Shown piece after piece: positions 17,339-26,923 of a stretch of DNA of 64,000 nt. The position numbers and the translations under genes were made by a program. A model generated the notes under the pieces. That model ran no database searches and had not been told where the DNA came from. It saw only the letters and a list, made by a program, of their open reading frames with translations. How positions within the stretch are numbered: the stretch's first letter is position 1; each line of letters starts with the position of its first letter. Origin of the DNA: a virus; the IMG/VR virus record IMGVR_UViG_3300021141_000706; one strand, given 5' to 3'.

Positions 17339-18627
17339 TATTCAAATATTACTTCAGCTCTTCTGTAGTTTAAGTCATATGAACTAAATCCAAAGATATC
17401 ACAGATTCTTTCAAATTTATCATCACAACTTTCTTCAGATGGTAATTCACCATCATAAGCATAAGAACTAAATTCTAATTTTGTTTCATAATCACCTATT
17501 CTTATACTTTCAACTCTGAATCCTAACTTTTCAACTTCTTCTCTTAACTCATCTTCATCAGGCAATTCGAATTTATCATTTTCAATATCTGTCTTACTAA
17601 ATTCAAAAAATACCCAATCAATTTTAACTTCTTTACCTTTTCCACTAGTTTCACTACGCCAAGCACCATCAGATCCTGCTCTAAAAGTAGAAAGAACCCA
17701 ACCATCTTCACCTAATCTACCAATTGTGGATTGCATGTTATCAAGCACTACCATTAAGTTATTATAACTACCATCTTTAGGTGAATAAACAATAGTAAAT
17801 TTACTAACCGTTTTATTTTTAGATACAAGAACTGGTTTGAAGTTTTGATACCTTGTATTCTTCTCAAGATAATCTGTATAAGTCATTTCACCAGTAGATG
17901 ATTTGAATGTTATCTTTTCACCTTCATCAATAAAGTCTAACATAGTATCAACTATCTTATCAACTTCATTTTCAATACCGTGTGATTCTCTTAAAAAAGA
18001 AACATACTTATCTACTTTTCTTTTCTTTAACTCACCATTATCAAATTTATAGTATTTATAATTACCATCTTTATTAAGAACAACATAGAAAGCATCTGGT
18101 TTAACATATTTCAAATAACTTTTTGTAGTTTGTAGTTGAGTTGAGTAGACATGGTCGATATAATCATCATCTGCCGTATGACCACCCGTCATTCCTCTTT
18201 TTTTGTTTTGTGACTTAGCAGTCTCAACATCAATTAAAATTAAGATAAACATTATCTTATATCCTAATTTTTGAGCGTCTTTTGTAATTTCAAAAACATT
18301 TATATCATTTGAGCCAGTTGTGTCATAGATAAAGTTTTGACCGCTTTTCATATAATGTTTTAATGAAGTAATATTTAATTCAGAAGCTCCTTTGTAATAG
18401 TCAGACTTGTCTTTAGTAAACAAATAAGAAACATCATCTGTTGAAAATGTTTTGATATTTGAATTATGAGGAACAATGAATCTATTGGCAAATGTAGACT
18501 TACCAGAACCAGGTAGACCTAAAAGAACAATGCCAAGTTTTTCTTTCATCCTATTGATTTCAGGAATAGGATCATTCTTAGAATACTCTTCATTTACAAA
18601 ACCACTGAAATTGTTAATAACTTTCAT
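17335..18627 (-). CDS. Zeta-toxin/AAA_33-like P-loop kinase fused to a second domain; capsid-targeting-like leader
   Basis: GLPGSGKST, FIYDTTG, RGMTGGH, leader MKVINNFSGFVNEE, internal KYVSFLRES. Confidence 0.75.
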   Translation of the reverse strand: MKVINNFSGFVNEEYSKNDPIPEINRMKEKLGIVLLGLPGSGKSTFANRFIVPHNSNIKTFSTDDVSYLFTKDKSDYYKGASELNITSLKHYMKSGQNFIYDTTGSNDINVFEITKDAQKLGYKIMFILILIDVETAKSQNKKRGMTGGHTADDDYIDHVYSTQLQTTKSYLKYVKPDAFYVVLNKDGNYKYYKFDNGELKKRKVDKYVSFLRESHGIENEVDKIVDTMLDFIDEGEKITFKSSTGEMTYTDYLEKNTRYQNFKPVLVSKNKTVSKFTIVYSPKDGSYNNLMVVLDNMQSTIGRLGEDGWVLSTFRAGSDGAWRSETSGKGKEVKIDWVFFEFSKTDIENDKFELPDEDELREEVEKLGFRVESIRIGDYETKLEFSSYAYDGELPSEESCDDKFERICDIFGFSSYDLNYRRAEVIFEY

Positions 18628-18658
18628 ATTTTTTATATATTAAATTTTCAATAATCAT

Positions 18659-18689
18659 TTTGTTTATCAAGAAAAGTTTCCTATATTTG
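18659..18689 (+). promoter_or_regulatory. Bacteroidota primary-sigma promoter
   Basis: TTTG, 19-nt spacer, TATATTTG. Confidence 0.75.
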
Positions 18690-18706
18690 TAGAAACAATT
18701 TTATAT

Positions 18707-19561
18707 ATGAAAGGCTTTAGAAACTACAACAAAACAGAACTCTTCAACACAATCGATAAAATTTCCATTGAAAAGGTTGGAAGTCAGGTTGTCACTAAAT
18801 TTGACAATCGTGTTATAAACACATCAAATGTCTCTAATCGTTATGAGATTTTTGATATTGTTAAGTATCTAAAAGACAAGATTGAACTTATTGAGAAAAA
18901 CTTTACCATCACTAAATATAATTTTAGATTGACAAGAGGTCAACAATCACTTACACTTGTTTCCGATAGTGTTGAGATTGGTGGTGTTGAATTCCATAAA
19001 TCATTTTACATACTAAACTCAACTGATAAATCAAGACGTTTGAGTTTCAATGCTGGTCTGAAATCAGATAACTTCTATACCATCGGTATGAACAATGTTG
19101 GAATGAATAAGAAACACCTTACTGGTGTTACACAAGCCGCAGAAGATGCTTCAGTTGGTTTGAACGGTGAAACATTTGACGAACAAATTGAATCTTTACA
19201 ATCTTTAGTAGGACATCGTATACATTTTTCTAAACTTCGTCAGATTATTCTTGGTGATAAAGAAGAAATTCCACAAATCAATCACCGTAAGTTTGATGCG
19301 TTTAAGAACACAGTTCGTTATGCTAGTTCTGACCGTAAAATTAACTTAACATCTGAGCAACATAAGCAATTGTTTCAAAATTCTGAAGCAATGAAAGAAG
19401 TTGAGCACGATTTTTACTTAGATGCTTTCTGGTCTTTTCAAATGTATTTGAGATTGTTTAATAAGCAAGATTCTCACATTATTAAGAATGAGACAGAACG
19501 AATTATGAAAATGACTCAGTGGGCTGTTCGTAATTCAGTTTTGGAAGCTTTAGGAATTTAA
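18707..19561 (+). CDS. Early protein, possibly DUF932-like; C-terminal tag (VRNSVLEALGI)
   Basis: VSNRYEIFD and ILNSTDKSRRLSFNAG resemble the DUF932 S..Y and NSHDGS blocks (weak). Confidence 0.6.
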   Translation: MKGFRNYNKTELFNTIDKISIEKVGSQVVTKFDNRVINTSNVSNRYEIFDIVKYLKDKIELIEKNFTITKYNFRLTRGQQSLTLVSDSVEIGGVEFHKSFYILNSTDKSRRLSFNAGLKSDNFYTIGMNNVGMNKKHLTGVTQAAEDASVGLNGETFDEQIESLQSLVGHRIHFSKLRQIILGDKEEIPQINHRKFDAFKNTVRYASSDRKINLTSEQHKQLFQNSEAMKEVEHDFYLDAFWSFQMYLRLFNKQDSHIIKNETERIMKMTQWAVRNSVLEALGI

Positions 19562-19583
19562 TTATATTTGTAAAAAGAAAAAT

Positions 19584-20090
19584 ATGTTAAGAGAAGATAA
19601 TTCAGGATTTGTTAATTTTCCTATACCAGGTAAAGTTTTCAATCGTTTAGAGACTGGTAAGACATTTGTATATCTTGTTGCGTTTGATTCTGAGGATGTA
19701 TCAAACAAAGCATATGAGTTATCTAATCTTAGATTAATATCTACTGGTACTTTCATTGCTGATGATATCAGTATGAGAGCCAGACCAAAGACATCTGGTA
19801 AAATGTCTATTGATGAACTTATTAAGAATAAGTTAAAAGATGATGAATATGATAATCTTTATTTTCCAAACTCTGGTGATAAAGACGATCTTAAAAAGTT
19901 AATGTCTATTCCTTTAACAACTTGTATTTGTATGGGTTGGTCTGATTATACTTTTGATGTAAAAGATGATTTAGGATTTTGGAATGCTTCGTTCAGAGAC
20001 TTAACAAATGAAGGTAGAAAACTTTACTACTCAATAAAAAAGTTACACAATAATAAAGAAGTTAGAATTTTAACTTTTAACAATATTTAA
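19584..20090 (+). CDS. Hypothetical protein
   Basis: 168 aa, preceded by TTTG (19540), 19-nt spacer, TATATTTG (19563). Confidence 0.7.
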   Translation: MLREDNSGFVNFPIPGKVFNRLETGKTFVYLVAFDSEDVSNKAYELSNLRLISTGTFIADDISMRARPKTSGKMSIDELIKNKLKDDEYDNLYFPNSGDKDDLKKLMSIPLTTCICMGWSDYTFDVKDDLGFWNASFRDLTNEGRKLYYSIKKLHNNKEVRILTFNNI

Positions 20091-20122
20091 TTTGTGTTAG
20101 TCAAAAATAAAAACTAAATTTG
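20091..20122 (+). promoter_or_regulatory. Bacteroidota primary-sigma promoter
   Basis: TTTG, 20-nt spacer, TAAATTTG. Confidence 0.7.
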
Positions 20123-20138
20123 TATAAAAAATAACCAT

Positions 20139-21524
20139 ATGGCATACGAAAGAAAAACATTTGATTTAATCATATCAGAAGAGTTAAAAGCCGTGTTATC
20201 AGAAATTGAATCTGATTCACAGGTAGCAAGATTGTTACTAAAGAAAAGACATGATAAAGAAGACTTGGTTGATGATCCAATCAATTTCATTTCTGTTGCT
20301 CAAGATAAAACTAAAGTTTCTTATCTAACTACAGATAGGATTGCTAAAATTGAAGACCCTTCTTTATACTGGTCTTCTTCTCGTAGATTTGCCGTAAAAC
20401 CGGGTGGATTTATTTCTAAATTATTCAAAGACATTCCGGCTAAAGAGGTAGAGAAATTCTCTAACCTTTATCGTGCTCAGTCTAACAAGGCTAAGTTCAC
20501 ATTCAAAATAGTTGATGGTGATTATATCAAAACTTACTACCATATCAACTCATATGCTCAAGAGCGTGGTACGCTTGGTGCTTCTTGTATGAAGTATGAC
20601 AACTGCCAAGATTATTTTGGTATCTATACAGAGAACACTGACAAAGTAAAATTGTTAGTTATGTTAAACGAAGATGGTGGTCTTATGGGTCGTGCTCTTC
20701 TATGGGACTTTGATACTAATAAGATTATGGATCGTATTTATACGATTGTTGATGAAGAGTTTGTATTCCAATTCAAAAAATGGGCAACTGATAACGGTTA
20801 CCTTTATAAATCAGAGCAAAACTGGTATAATACTTTGTTCTTTGAAAACCTTTCAACTGAAAAGAAAGAGTTAAAACTTTCTATCAAGTTAGATAACTCA
20901 AAGTTTAGACGTTATCCTTATGTTGATACATTCAAATTCTTCGATGAAGAAAAAGGATTGTTATTGAACTATATGGAGGGTCATGAGTTCAGAACACTTT
21001 GTGCTTCTGATGGTGGTAAATACGGCTCAGACTATTTAGCATTTGATGATATTGACCGTGTTCTTCGTCATAGAGGTGATTCAGTTTATGTTCGTTACTT
21101 AGACATCAGAACTTCTCATAATAATGTTAACTACTCTGAAATTCATGATCAATACATTCTTTGTAGAGACGCTAGATATGATGAAGAAATTGGTGAATAT
21201 CTTTTCAATGAAGAGAATGATAGATTCAACAACACTGAGAGAATCAATGAGAGAAGAGAATATCTTAGAAAGAGAAGAGAAGAAAAAGAAAAAACTCCTC
21301 GTAAAAAGAAATCTACATCTTCTTGGATTGAATCTCTTATGGGTAGCTCTGGTTTAACTGAAGATACTATTAACGAAGTGTATCAAAGAATAACTCAACA
21401 AACTGGTATTCCTCAAGGTTACTTTAGTTTGGATTATGATTATGCTAATACTGTAGCGAGAGACAACTACACTGTTGTTCCACAAGATGAAGAACCTGTT
21501 CCAGTACCAGAACCTGAACAATAA
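20139..21524 (+). CDS. Conserved phage-type protein (SCM / GRALLW / MDRIY / PYVDTF motifs), function unknown
   Basis: 461 aa. I recall this motif set from phage hypothetical proteins. Confidence 0.7.
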   Translation: MAYERKTFDLIISEELKAVLSEIESDSQVARLLLKKRHDKEDLVDDPINFISVAQDKTKVSYLTTDRIAKIEDPSLYWSSSRRFAVKPGGFISKLFKDIPAKEVEKFSNLYRAQSNKAKFTFKIVDGDYIKTYYHINSYAQERGTLGASCMKYDNCQDYFGIYTENTDKVKLLVMLNEDGGLMGRALLWDFDTNKIMDRIYTIVDEEFVFQFKKWATDNGYLYKSEQNWYNTLFFENLSTEKKELKLSIKLDNSKFRRYPYVDTFKFFDEEKGLLLNYMEGHEFRTLCASDGGKYGSDYLAFDDIDRVLRHRGDSVYVRYLDIRTSHNNVNYSEIHDQYILCRDARYDEEIGEYLFNEENDRFNNTERINERREYLRKRREEKEKTPRKKKSTSSWIESLMGSSGLTEDTINEVYQRITQQTGIPQGYFSLDYDYANTVARDNYTVVPQDEEPVPVPEPEQ

Positions 21525-21528
21525 TACA

Positions 21529-21553
21529 CAAACCCTCGTCAAGAGGGTTTTTT
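21529..21553 (+). terminator. Intrinsic terminator
   Basis: aaaccctc-gtcaa-gagggttt plus T-run. Confidence 0.75.
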
Positions 21554-21607
21554 ATTTTAAACTTTATCACTATTTCCGTATAAAACATAAAAATATAGTG
21601 ATGATAG

Positions 21608-22360
21608 ATGATAGAATTGCTTCGCAATCAACTAGACTGTTTTGAGGATATTAAATTTGAATTTGACCCGGTAGCTCACCGATACACATATGAAGGTGAA
21701 CCTTTTATTTCTGTAACAAGATTCATACAACAATTTCATAAACCGTTTGAACAAGACTACTGGTCTAAAAAGAAAGCCGAACAAGCCGGAGTTCCACAAG
21801 ATTGGATTTTAGCCGAGTGGAAAAAATTAAATGATTATGCCAACGAAGTTGGTACAGATACTCACCAATGGATTGAAGATTACTTTAATCAAATATGGAA
21901 ACCACTTCCAAATAACTTAGATGTTATACATCGCATAAATAAATTCAATAAGATTTATGCTAAACAATTATTCAAGTTAGAACCATTGAAGTTCGAGGTA
22001 AGAGTATTCTCACCAAAGTGGAAAATAGCTGGAATGATTGACTCTTTATTTTTATATAGAGGTAAGATTTACATTCTTGACTGGAAAACTAATAAAGATT
22101 TTACAGATGATAATCATCCTAAAGGAATCTATGAGAAATTACTTGCTCCTTTTCAAGACCATTTCAAAAATCATCTTAATGAATACTCAATACAACTTTC
22201 ACTTTACTCACTTATCTTAGAAGAGTGGGGCTTTCAAGTAGGTGGTGCTTACATTGTTCACATTGGACCAGGAGATGAAGATGCTGAATTATATAAAGTA
22301 GTTGATATGAGAGACAATCTAAAATTATTCTTAAATGGATCTATACAAGAGTCTAATTAA
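21608..22360 (+). CDS. PD-(D/E)XK RecB/Cas4-like exonuclease
   Basis: SVT, GTDTH, FEV, AGMID, ILDWKT, YSIQLSLY. Confidence 0.85.
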   Translation: MIELLRNQLDCFEDIKFEFDPVAHRYTYEGEPFISVTRFIQQFHKPFEQDYWSKKKAEQAGVPQDWILAEWKKLNDYANEVGTDTHQWIEDYFNQIWKPLPNNLDVIHRINKFNKIYAKQLFKLEPLKFEVRVFSPKWKIAGMIDSLFLYRGKIYILDWKTNKDFTDDNHPKGIYEKLLAPFQDHFKNHLNEYSIQLSLYSLILEEWGFQVGGAYIVHIGPGDEDAELYKVVDMRDNLKLFLNGSIQESN

Positions 22361-22640
22361 TGACGATGAATTCTTAGATTACTTCTGTGATGTCTTAGAG
22401 GATAACATTTCCGAAAAAGCAAAATATAAAGTTAGTATTGGTTTTAAGAAACATGACATGTCTATATTCTTTTTTATAGATGGTTCATCTATATTACAGG
22501 TTATGCCTGATAAGGATTTACAATACACATATGCTAATGTTCCTTCTTATGAAGATGAAATACAACATTCGATTAATATTATTGAGAAACAATATAAACG
22601 AGATAAAACGATAGAAGATATCATAAAAAAAGAGAGTTAA
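22335..22640 (+). CDS. Hypothetical protein with C-terminal tag (KRDKTIEDII)
   Basis: ORF overlaps the nuclease gene. Confidence 0.65.
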   Translation: MDLYKSLINDDEFLDYFCDVLEDNISEKAKYKVSIGFKKHDMSIFFFIDGSSILQVMPDKDLQYTYANVPSYEDEIQHSINIIEKQYKRDKTIEDIIKKES

Positions 22641-22658
22641 ATATTTAACTCTCTTTTT
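22625..22658. terminator. Bidirectional terminator
   Basis: aaaaagagagttaaa-ta-tttaactctcttttt between convergent genes. Confidence 0.75.
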
Positions 22659-22678
22659 GTTTATAGATATTTTACAGA

Positions 22679-23167
22679 TTAGATTTGTGGACCTACAGCT
22701 TCACCTGAAACAGTTTCAACTTCAGTGTAGTACACACCTTTTTCTTTAATAACTTCTAAGATTTGCTCAGTAGCATCGATGTTATCTGTATTAAAAATAA
22801 CTTCCATTTTACCCATAACCAAATTGATTGAATTAGCAGTAGCCCATTCTTCAACAATAACTGCTAGTTGTTCAAAAACATTTGTATTTAATTCATCAGA
22901 CATTTCTTTAAGTTTTCTTTTAAAGTCTTGGTCTAATTTCATTAATTTGTCTTGGATTTGTCTAAATGCTTCCATATCTCTTTTTTGAGATGCTTCATCC
23001 AGTACTAAATCTGATTGAGATCTTTTAATGATAGTTTCCATTTCCTTTTTATCAGGATCTATACTTTCTAACATTTTTCTTTTTTCAGATTCGATTTGTT
23101 TGTAACCTTCAACATATGGTTGAAAGTTTCTTGTTAAAACTTCAAAGTCTATTACTCTTAATTCCAT
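22679..23167 (-). CDS. Skp/OmpH-family chaperone lacking a signal peptide
   Basis: RVIDFEVL..FQPY start, long coiled coil, A..NSINLVM, IDATEQILEVI end. Confidence 0.7.
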   Translation of the reverse strand: MELRVIDFEVLTRNFQPYVEGYKQIESEKRKMLESIDPDKKEMETIIKRSQSDLVLDEASQKRDMEAFRQIQDKLMKLDQDFKRKLKEMSDELNTNVFEQLAVIVEEWATANSINLVMGKMEVIFNTDNIDATEQILEVIKEKGVYYTEVETVSGEAVGPQI

Positions 23168-23221
23168 TTAAAATATTTTTTCTTATTATAGATTAAATAG
23201 GTAAAAATGTTTAATGATTAT

Positions 23222-23773
23222 TTAAGAAAGAAGATAGTCAATAGCCACTTTATATCTATTAACTAGATTAGTTTCCTCTGATGCTTGAGGATTTTCAATA
23301 TTTACTATTACACTTGATGTTGCTCCAAGCTTAGTAACTTCTAAATAAGTAACTCTTGTACCAATCAATTTAGCGTATTGTTTATTTTGTAAATAATATT
23401 TAGCGTCTTCTGAGAGTTGATCCATTTCTAGAATCTTACCAAGATTCTGATTATTATTATCTCTGAAAATATTAAATCCCATTTGATAAACACCCTTTGT
23501 ATCTAAAGCTTTTTTAATTTTTTTAGAAACGGGTGTGTTTGTTTGAAATAATATCTCTTCCCAAGTTTTATTTTTAACATCTGCTATACTAGAATAATCT
23601 TTTATGTCAATTTGATAACTATAAAATAAAGTTAATTCAAGGTAATTATAATCACCTTTAGAGATTAAATCATCTATTATTTTATGATACTCATAGATTT
23701 GTTCTCTACCTTTTGTAGCTAACTTATCTATTTGATTAAATATCTTTTGAATTTTCTTTTTATCTGGACTCAT
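23222..23773 (-). CDS. Hypothetical late protein
   Basis: 183 aa, AATATATA at 23778-23785. Confidence 0.7.
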   Translation of the reverse strand: MSPDKKKIQKIFNQIDKLATKGREQIYEYHKIIDDLISKGDYNYLELTLFYSYQIDIKDYSSIADVKNKTWEEILFQTNTPVSKKIKKALDTKGVYQMGFNIFRDNNNQNLGKILEMDQLSEDAKYYLQNKQYAKLIGTRVTYLEVTKLGATSSVIVNIENPQASEETNLVNRYKVAIDYLLS

Positions 23774-23783
23774 AATTTATATA

Positions 23784-24224
23784 TTAATCTTCTACTCCGT
23801 CTTCATCATGACTAGAGTGTTGTATATGACAAACGATAGAAAACATAGAAGATTCAGCAAATGAAAACTCTGGTTCAAATCCTACTGTATATCCCATTGA
23901 GTTTAGTCTTTCTTTAATATCATCTAGTAATGAAAATAAATTAGTCATCTCTTTACTCATTGCTAGTAAATCGGTACAACCCCAAGTATTACCAGCGTCA
24001 ATCCAACCAAATGAATTTTGAGATTCTTTCTTTAAATCAAAGTGGTATTTACCATAGTTACCCAAAGTGTTTGAGCCGTTGCTATAAAACTTATCAATAT
24101 ATCCTAGGTCAAAAACTTCAATAAATATTTCCTTTATATCTTCTACACTTAGATATTCAACTTTAGATTCAAATGTTTTGAAGTCTAATATATTACGCTC
24201 CTGCTGCTGCTTCACCGCCACCAA
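23784..24224 (-). CDS. Hypothetical protein with leader-like ILDFKTFES (start uncertain)
   Basis: No ATG near the leader; the TTG/GTG starts overlap the upstream gene. Confidence 0.6.
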   Translation of the reverse strand: MVAVKQQQERNILDFKTFESKVEYLSVEDIKEIFIEVFDLGYIDKFYSNGSNTLGNYGKYHFDLKKESQNSFGWIDAGNTWGCTDLLAMSKEMTNLFSLLDDIKERLNSMGYTVGFEPEFSFAESSMFSIVCHIQHSSHDEDGVED

Positions 24225-25317
24225 TTATTTTATCAATCTCGGCAACTTTGTCTTTGTTAGCTTCATCGGAAATAAAGTCAACGAAAGTTCCTACTTTCTT
24301 TATGTTTTCCGGGTTCTTGGTTTTTAAATCACCTAGTTTTTTAACTAAGTCTTCTTGACCTTCTGCTTTTACTTCTTCAGTCTTCATAAGTATATCACCC
24401 ATTGTCTTAGTAAAATCAGCTCCTTCAAATGATACTTTATCTCCTTCTATTTTAGAAATCTTTTTAATACCAATTGCTTCAGCCTGAAGTTCTTTCATCT
24501 TACCTTCATTTGGTTTCTTCTTATCATCATCTGTTAAGGCATCCCATTTAGCTTGGTCAAACTTCTCTCTTTTATAAACTACATTATCTCCTACTTTATA
24601 TCCACCTTCTGGACCAGCCTCAGGTACCGGTATTTTTCTAGATTCTAAATTTTTATTAACCTCTTCCTCTGTAATAGCATCTGCGAATTTATCAAGTTGA
24701 GGAAAAAGTGTTTTCTCACACCAGTTAACAATAGCATCTTTTTTCTTTTTACCATCAGTAGCAGCAGTTAATAACTTTTTAACATCTGGTAAGTGAGTCA
24801 TATCTTTCAAATCAATATTAATTTTCTTAGGATCTACTTTACCATCTGTTGATGCTCCGAATTTATATTGAACAATAGCCTTGGTTCTAATTGTGTTAAA
24901 GAAATATTCAAATGTTGCGTACTGAGAGCTTGCTGGTTCACCTTCTTGTGGTGGATAAGCTTTCTTCAAAGTTTCGTAAAGTGGAGCTAATCCTTGTTTA
25001 CCTAAAACTCCAGTTTCTGGATTTAAGATACTATCAACTAATGTTAATGCGTCTTGATCATTTGCCTCTGGTTTCTTTTTGAACTCATCCATAACATTCT
25101 TGAATAAGTAGTTATTATCGGCTGGGTTAAACGGATTATCAGCAATCCAATCTTTAACCTCTGTTGTATCAGGATCTTCTCCTAATTTTTTCAACTCCTC
25201 CATTGCTTTAGTCCACAAACCTTTAAAAAAGTTTATAACACCACCTAACAACTCTTCATTAATAGGTTCTAAATTTTTAGATGTTCTGTGTGATTCAAAT
25301 GTTTTTACATATTTCAT
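24193..25317 (-). CDS. Putative internal virion protein (MKYVKTFES leader)
   Basis: Leader, second site INEE followed by an amphipathic helix, AATATATA at 25342-25349. Confidence 0.7.
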   Translation of the reverse strand: MKYVKTFESHRTSKNLEPINEELLGGVINFFKGLWTKAMEELKKLGEDPDTTEVKDWIADNPFNPADNNYLFKNVMDEFKKKPEANDQDALTLVDSILNPETGVLGKQGLAPLYETLKKAYPPQEGEPASSQYATFEYFFNTIRTKAIVQYKFGASTDGKVDPKKINIDLKDMTHLPDVKKLLTAATDGKKKKDAIVNWCEKTLFPQLDKFADAITEEEVNKNLESRKIPVPEAGPEGGYKVGDNVVYKREKFDQAKWDALTDDDKKKPNEGKMKELQAEAIGIKKISKIEGDKVSFEGADFTKTMGDILMKTEEVKAEGQEDLVKKLGDLKTKNPENIKKVGTFVDFISDEANKDKVAEIDKIIGGGEAAAGA

Positions 25318-25419
25318 AATATACAATTTATTTCTATGATTTATATATTATTTTTTCATTTTCATTTTATTAAACCAAATACCTAAATTTTCATATAAAC
25401 TTCAAATAATTAAATTATA

Positions 25420-25896
25420 ATGGAAAAAATCGATTCACTCAATCAAGTTGCTGAATTTCACAGAACTTTTAACGCACCAATCTTAGACACACCTCAAATC
25501 CCATCTGAACAAAGATGTCAACTTCGTGTATCTCTTTTACAAGAAGAGTTAGACGAATTAGCTCAAGCTCTTAAAGACAAAGATATTGTTGAAGTTGCTG
25601 ATGCTCTTTGTGATATTCAATATGTACTTTCTGGTGCTGTATTGGAATTTGGCTTAGGAGATAAATTCGTAGACTTATTCAATGAGGTTCAAAGAAGTAA
25701 TATGTCTAAAGCTTGTTCAACTGAAGAAGAAGCTCAAAAAACTTTAGAACATTACAAACAAAAAGATGGTACAGAAGGCTACTATAAAGAAATAAATGGT
25801 AAGTGGTTAGTTTACAGAACATCAGATGATAAAGTTCTTAAATCTATCAACTACTCACCAGCTGACTTGATTTGGCAATTAAAAAAATATATTTAA
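25420..25896 (+). CDS. MazG-like all-alpha NTP pyrophosphohydrolase (dUTPase-like)
   Basis: VAEFHRTF, LLQEELDEL, EVADALCDIQYV, EVQRSNMSK, KVLKS..YSP. Confidence 0.88.
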   Translation: MEKIDSLNQVAEFHRTFNAPILDTPQIPSEQRCQLRVSLLQEELDELAQALKDKDIVEVADALCDIQYVLSGAVLEFGLGDKFVDLFNEVQRSNMSKACSTEEEAQKTLEHYKQKDGTEGYYKEINGKWLVYRTSDDKVLKSINYSPADLIWQLKKYI

Positions 25897-25897
25897 A

Positions 25898-26920
25898 ATG
25901 AAAACAATTTTAATAACAGGAGGAGCAGGGTATATTGGATCACACACAGTTGTAGAACTGCTAAAAAATCCTGAGTATGATGTTATTATAATTGATAACT
26001 TTTCAAACTCAAATCCTGAAATCATTAATCGACTTTATGACTTAGTAAAAAGACCAATTAAAATCTATCATAGAGATTGTAGAGATCAGATGGATGATAT
26101 TTTATCTGAACACAAAGTAGATTCTATTATTCACTTTGCTGCTTATAAAGCTGTTGGTGAATCAGTTGAAAGTCCTATTCAATACTATGATAATAATATC
26201 AATTCTTTATTGAATATGTTAGATACGGCTAAACATTTCGGTATTAAAAACTTTGTATTCTCTTCTTCTTGTTCACTTTATGGTAATCTAAAAGAACTAC
26301 CCGCAACTGAAGAATCTTCTTTATCTGAACCAGAATCACCTTATGCTTATACTAAATTAATAGGTGAACAAATTCTTAAAGACTTCTCAAAAGTTAATCC
26401 TGACTTTAAGATTGTTTCTTTAAGATACTTTAATCCAGTTGGTGCTCACGAATCTGGTTTGATTGGTGAATCACCGATTAACAAACCAAATAACATCTTG
26501 CCTGTAATTTGTAACTCTGCTGAAACTGGTGAAGAGATGATGGTATTTGGTAGTGATTATGAAACAAGAGATGGTTCTTGTATTAGAGATTATGTTCATG
26601 TTTCTGATATCGCTGAAGCTCATGTTAAAGCATTTGAATATTTAATAAGTGATAACTCTTTAAGTTATGATGTTTATAACTTAGGATTAGGAATAGGTAA
26701 TAGATTTGAATCTAATGGATTGTCTGTACTTGAAGTTATTAATGCCTTTGAAAGAGTTAATAATGTTAAAGTTAATTATAAAATAGGTGATAGAAGAAGT
26801 GGTGATGTTGTTGAAATATACTCTAACTCAACTAAAGCCAGAAAAATAGGATGGAAGCCAGTAAGAACAGTTGATGATATGGTATCAAGTGCTTGGAAGT
26901 GGCATAAAAATAAAATATAA
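25898..26920 (+). CDS. galE: UDP-glucose 4-epimerase
   Basis: TGGAGYIGSH, HFAAYKAVGES, FSSS, YAYTK, LRYFNPVGAH, DGSCIRDYVHV. Confidence 0.95.
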   Translation: MKTILITGGAGYIGSHTVVELLKNPEYDVIIIDNFSNSNPEIINRLYDLVKRPIKIYHRDCRDQMDDILSEHKVDSIIHFAAYKAVGESVESPIQYYDNNINSLLNMLDTAKHFGIKNFVFSSSCSLYGNLKELPATEESSLSEPESPYAYTKLIGEQILKDFSKVNPDFKIVSLRYFNPVGAHESGLIGESPINKPNNILPVICNSAETGEEMMVFGSDYETRDGSCIRDYVHVSDIAEAHVKAFEYLISDNSLSYDVYNLGLGIGNRFESNGLSVLEVINAFERVNNVKVNYKIGDRRSGDVVEIYSNSTKARKIGWKPVRTVDDMVSSAWKWHKNKI

Positions 26921-26923
26921 AAT

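Noticed and set aside
24181-24224. Programmed frameshift joining ORF 24193 to ORF 23784
   Set aside because: The missing ATG at the leader is suggestive, but no slippery heptamer or stimulatory structure is evident, and overlapping GTG/TTG starts are sufficient.
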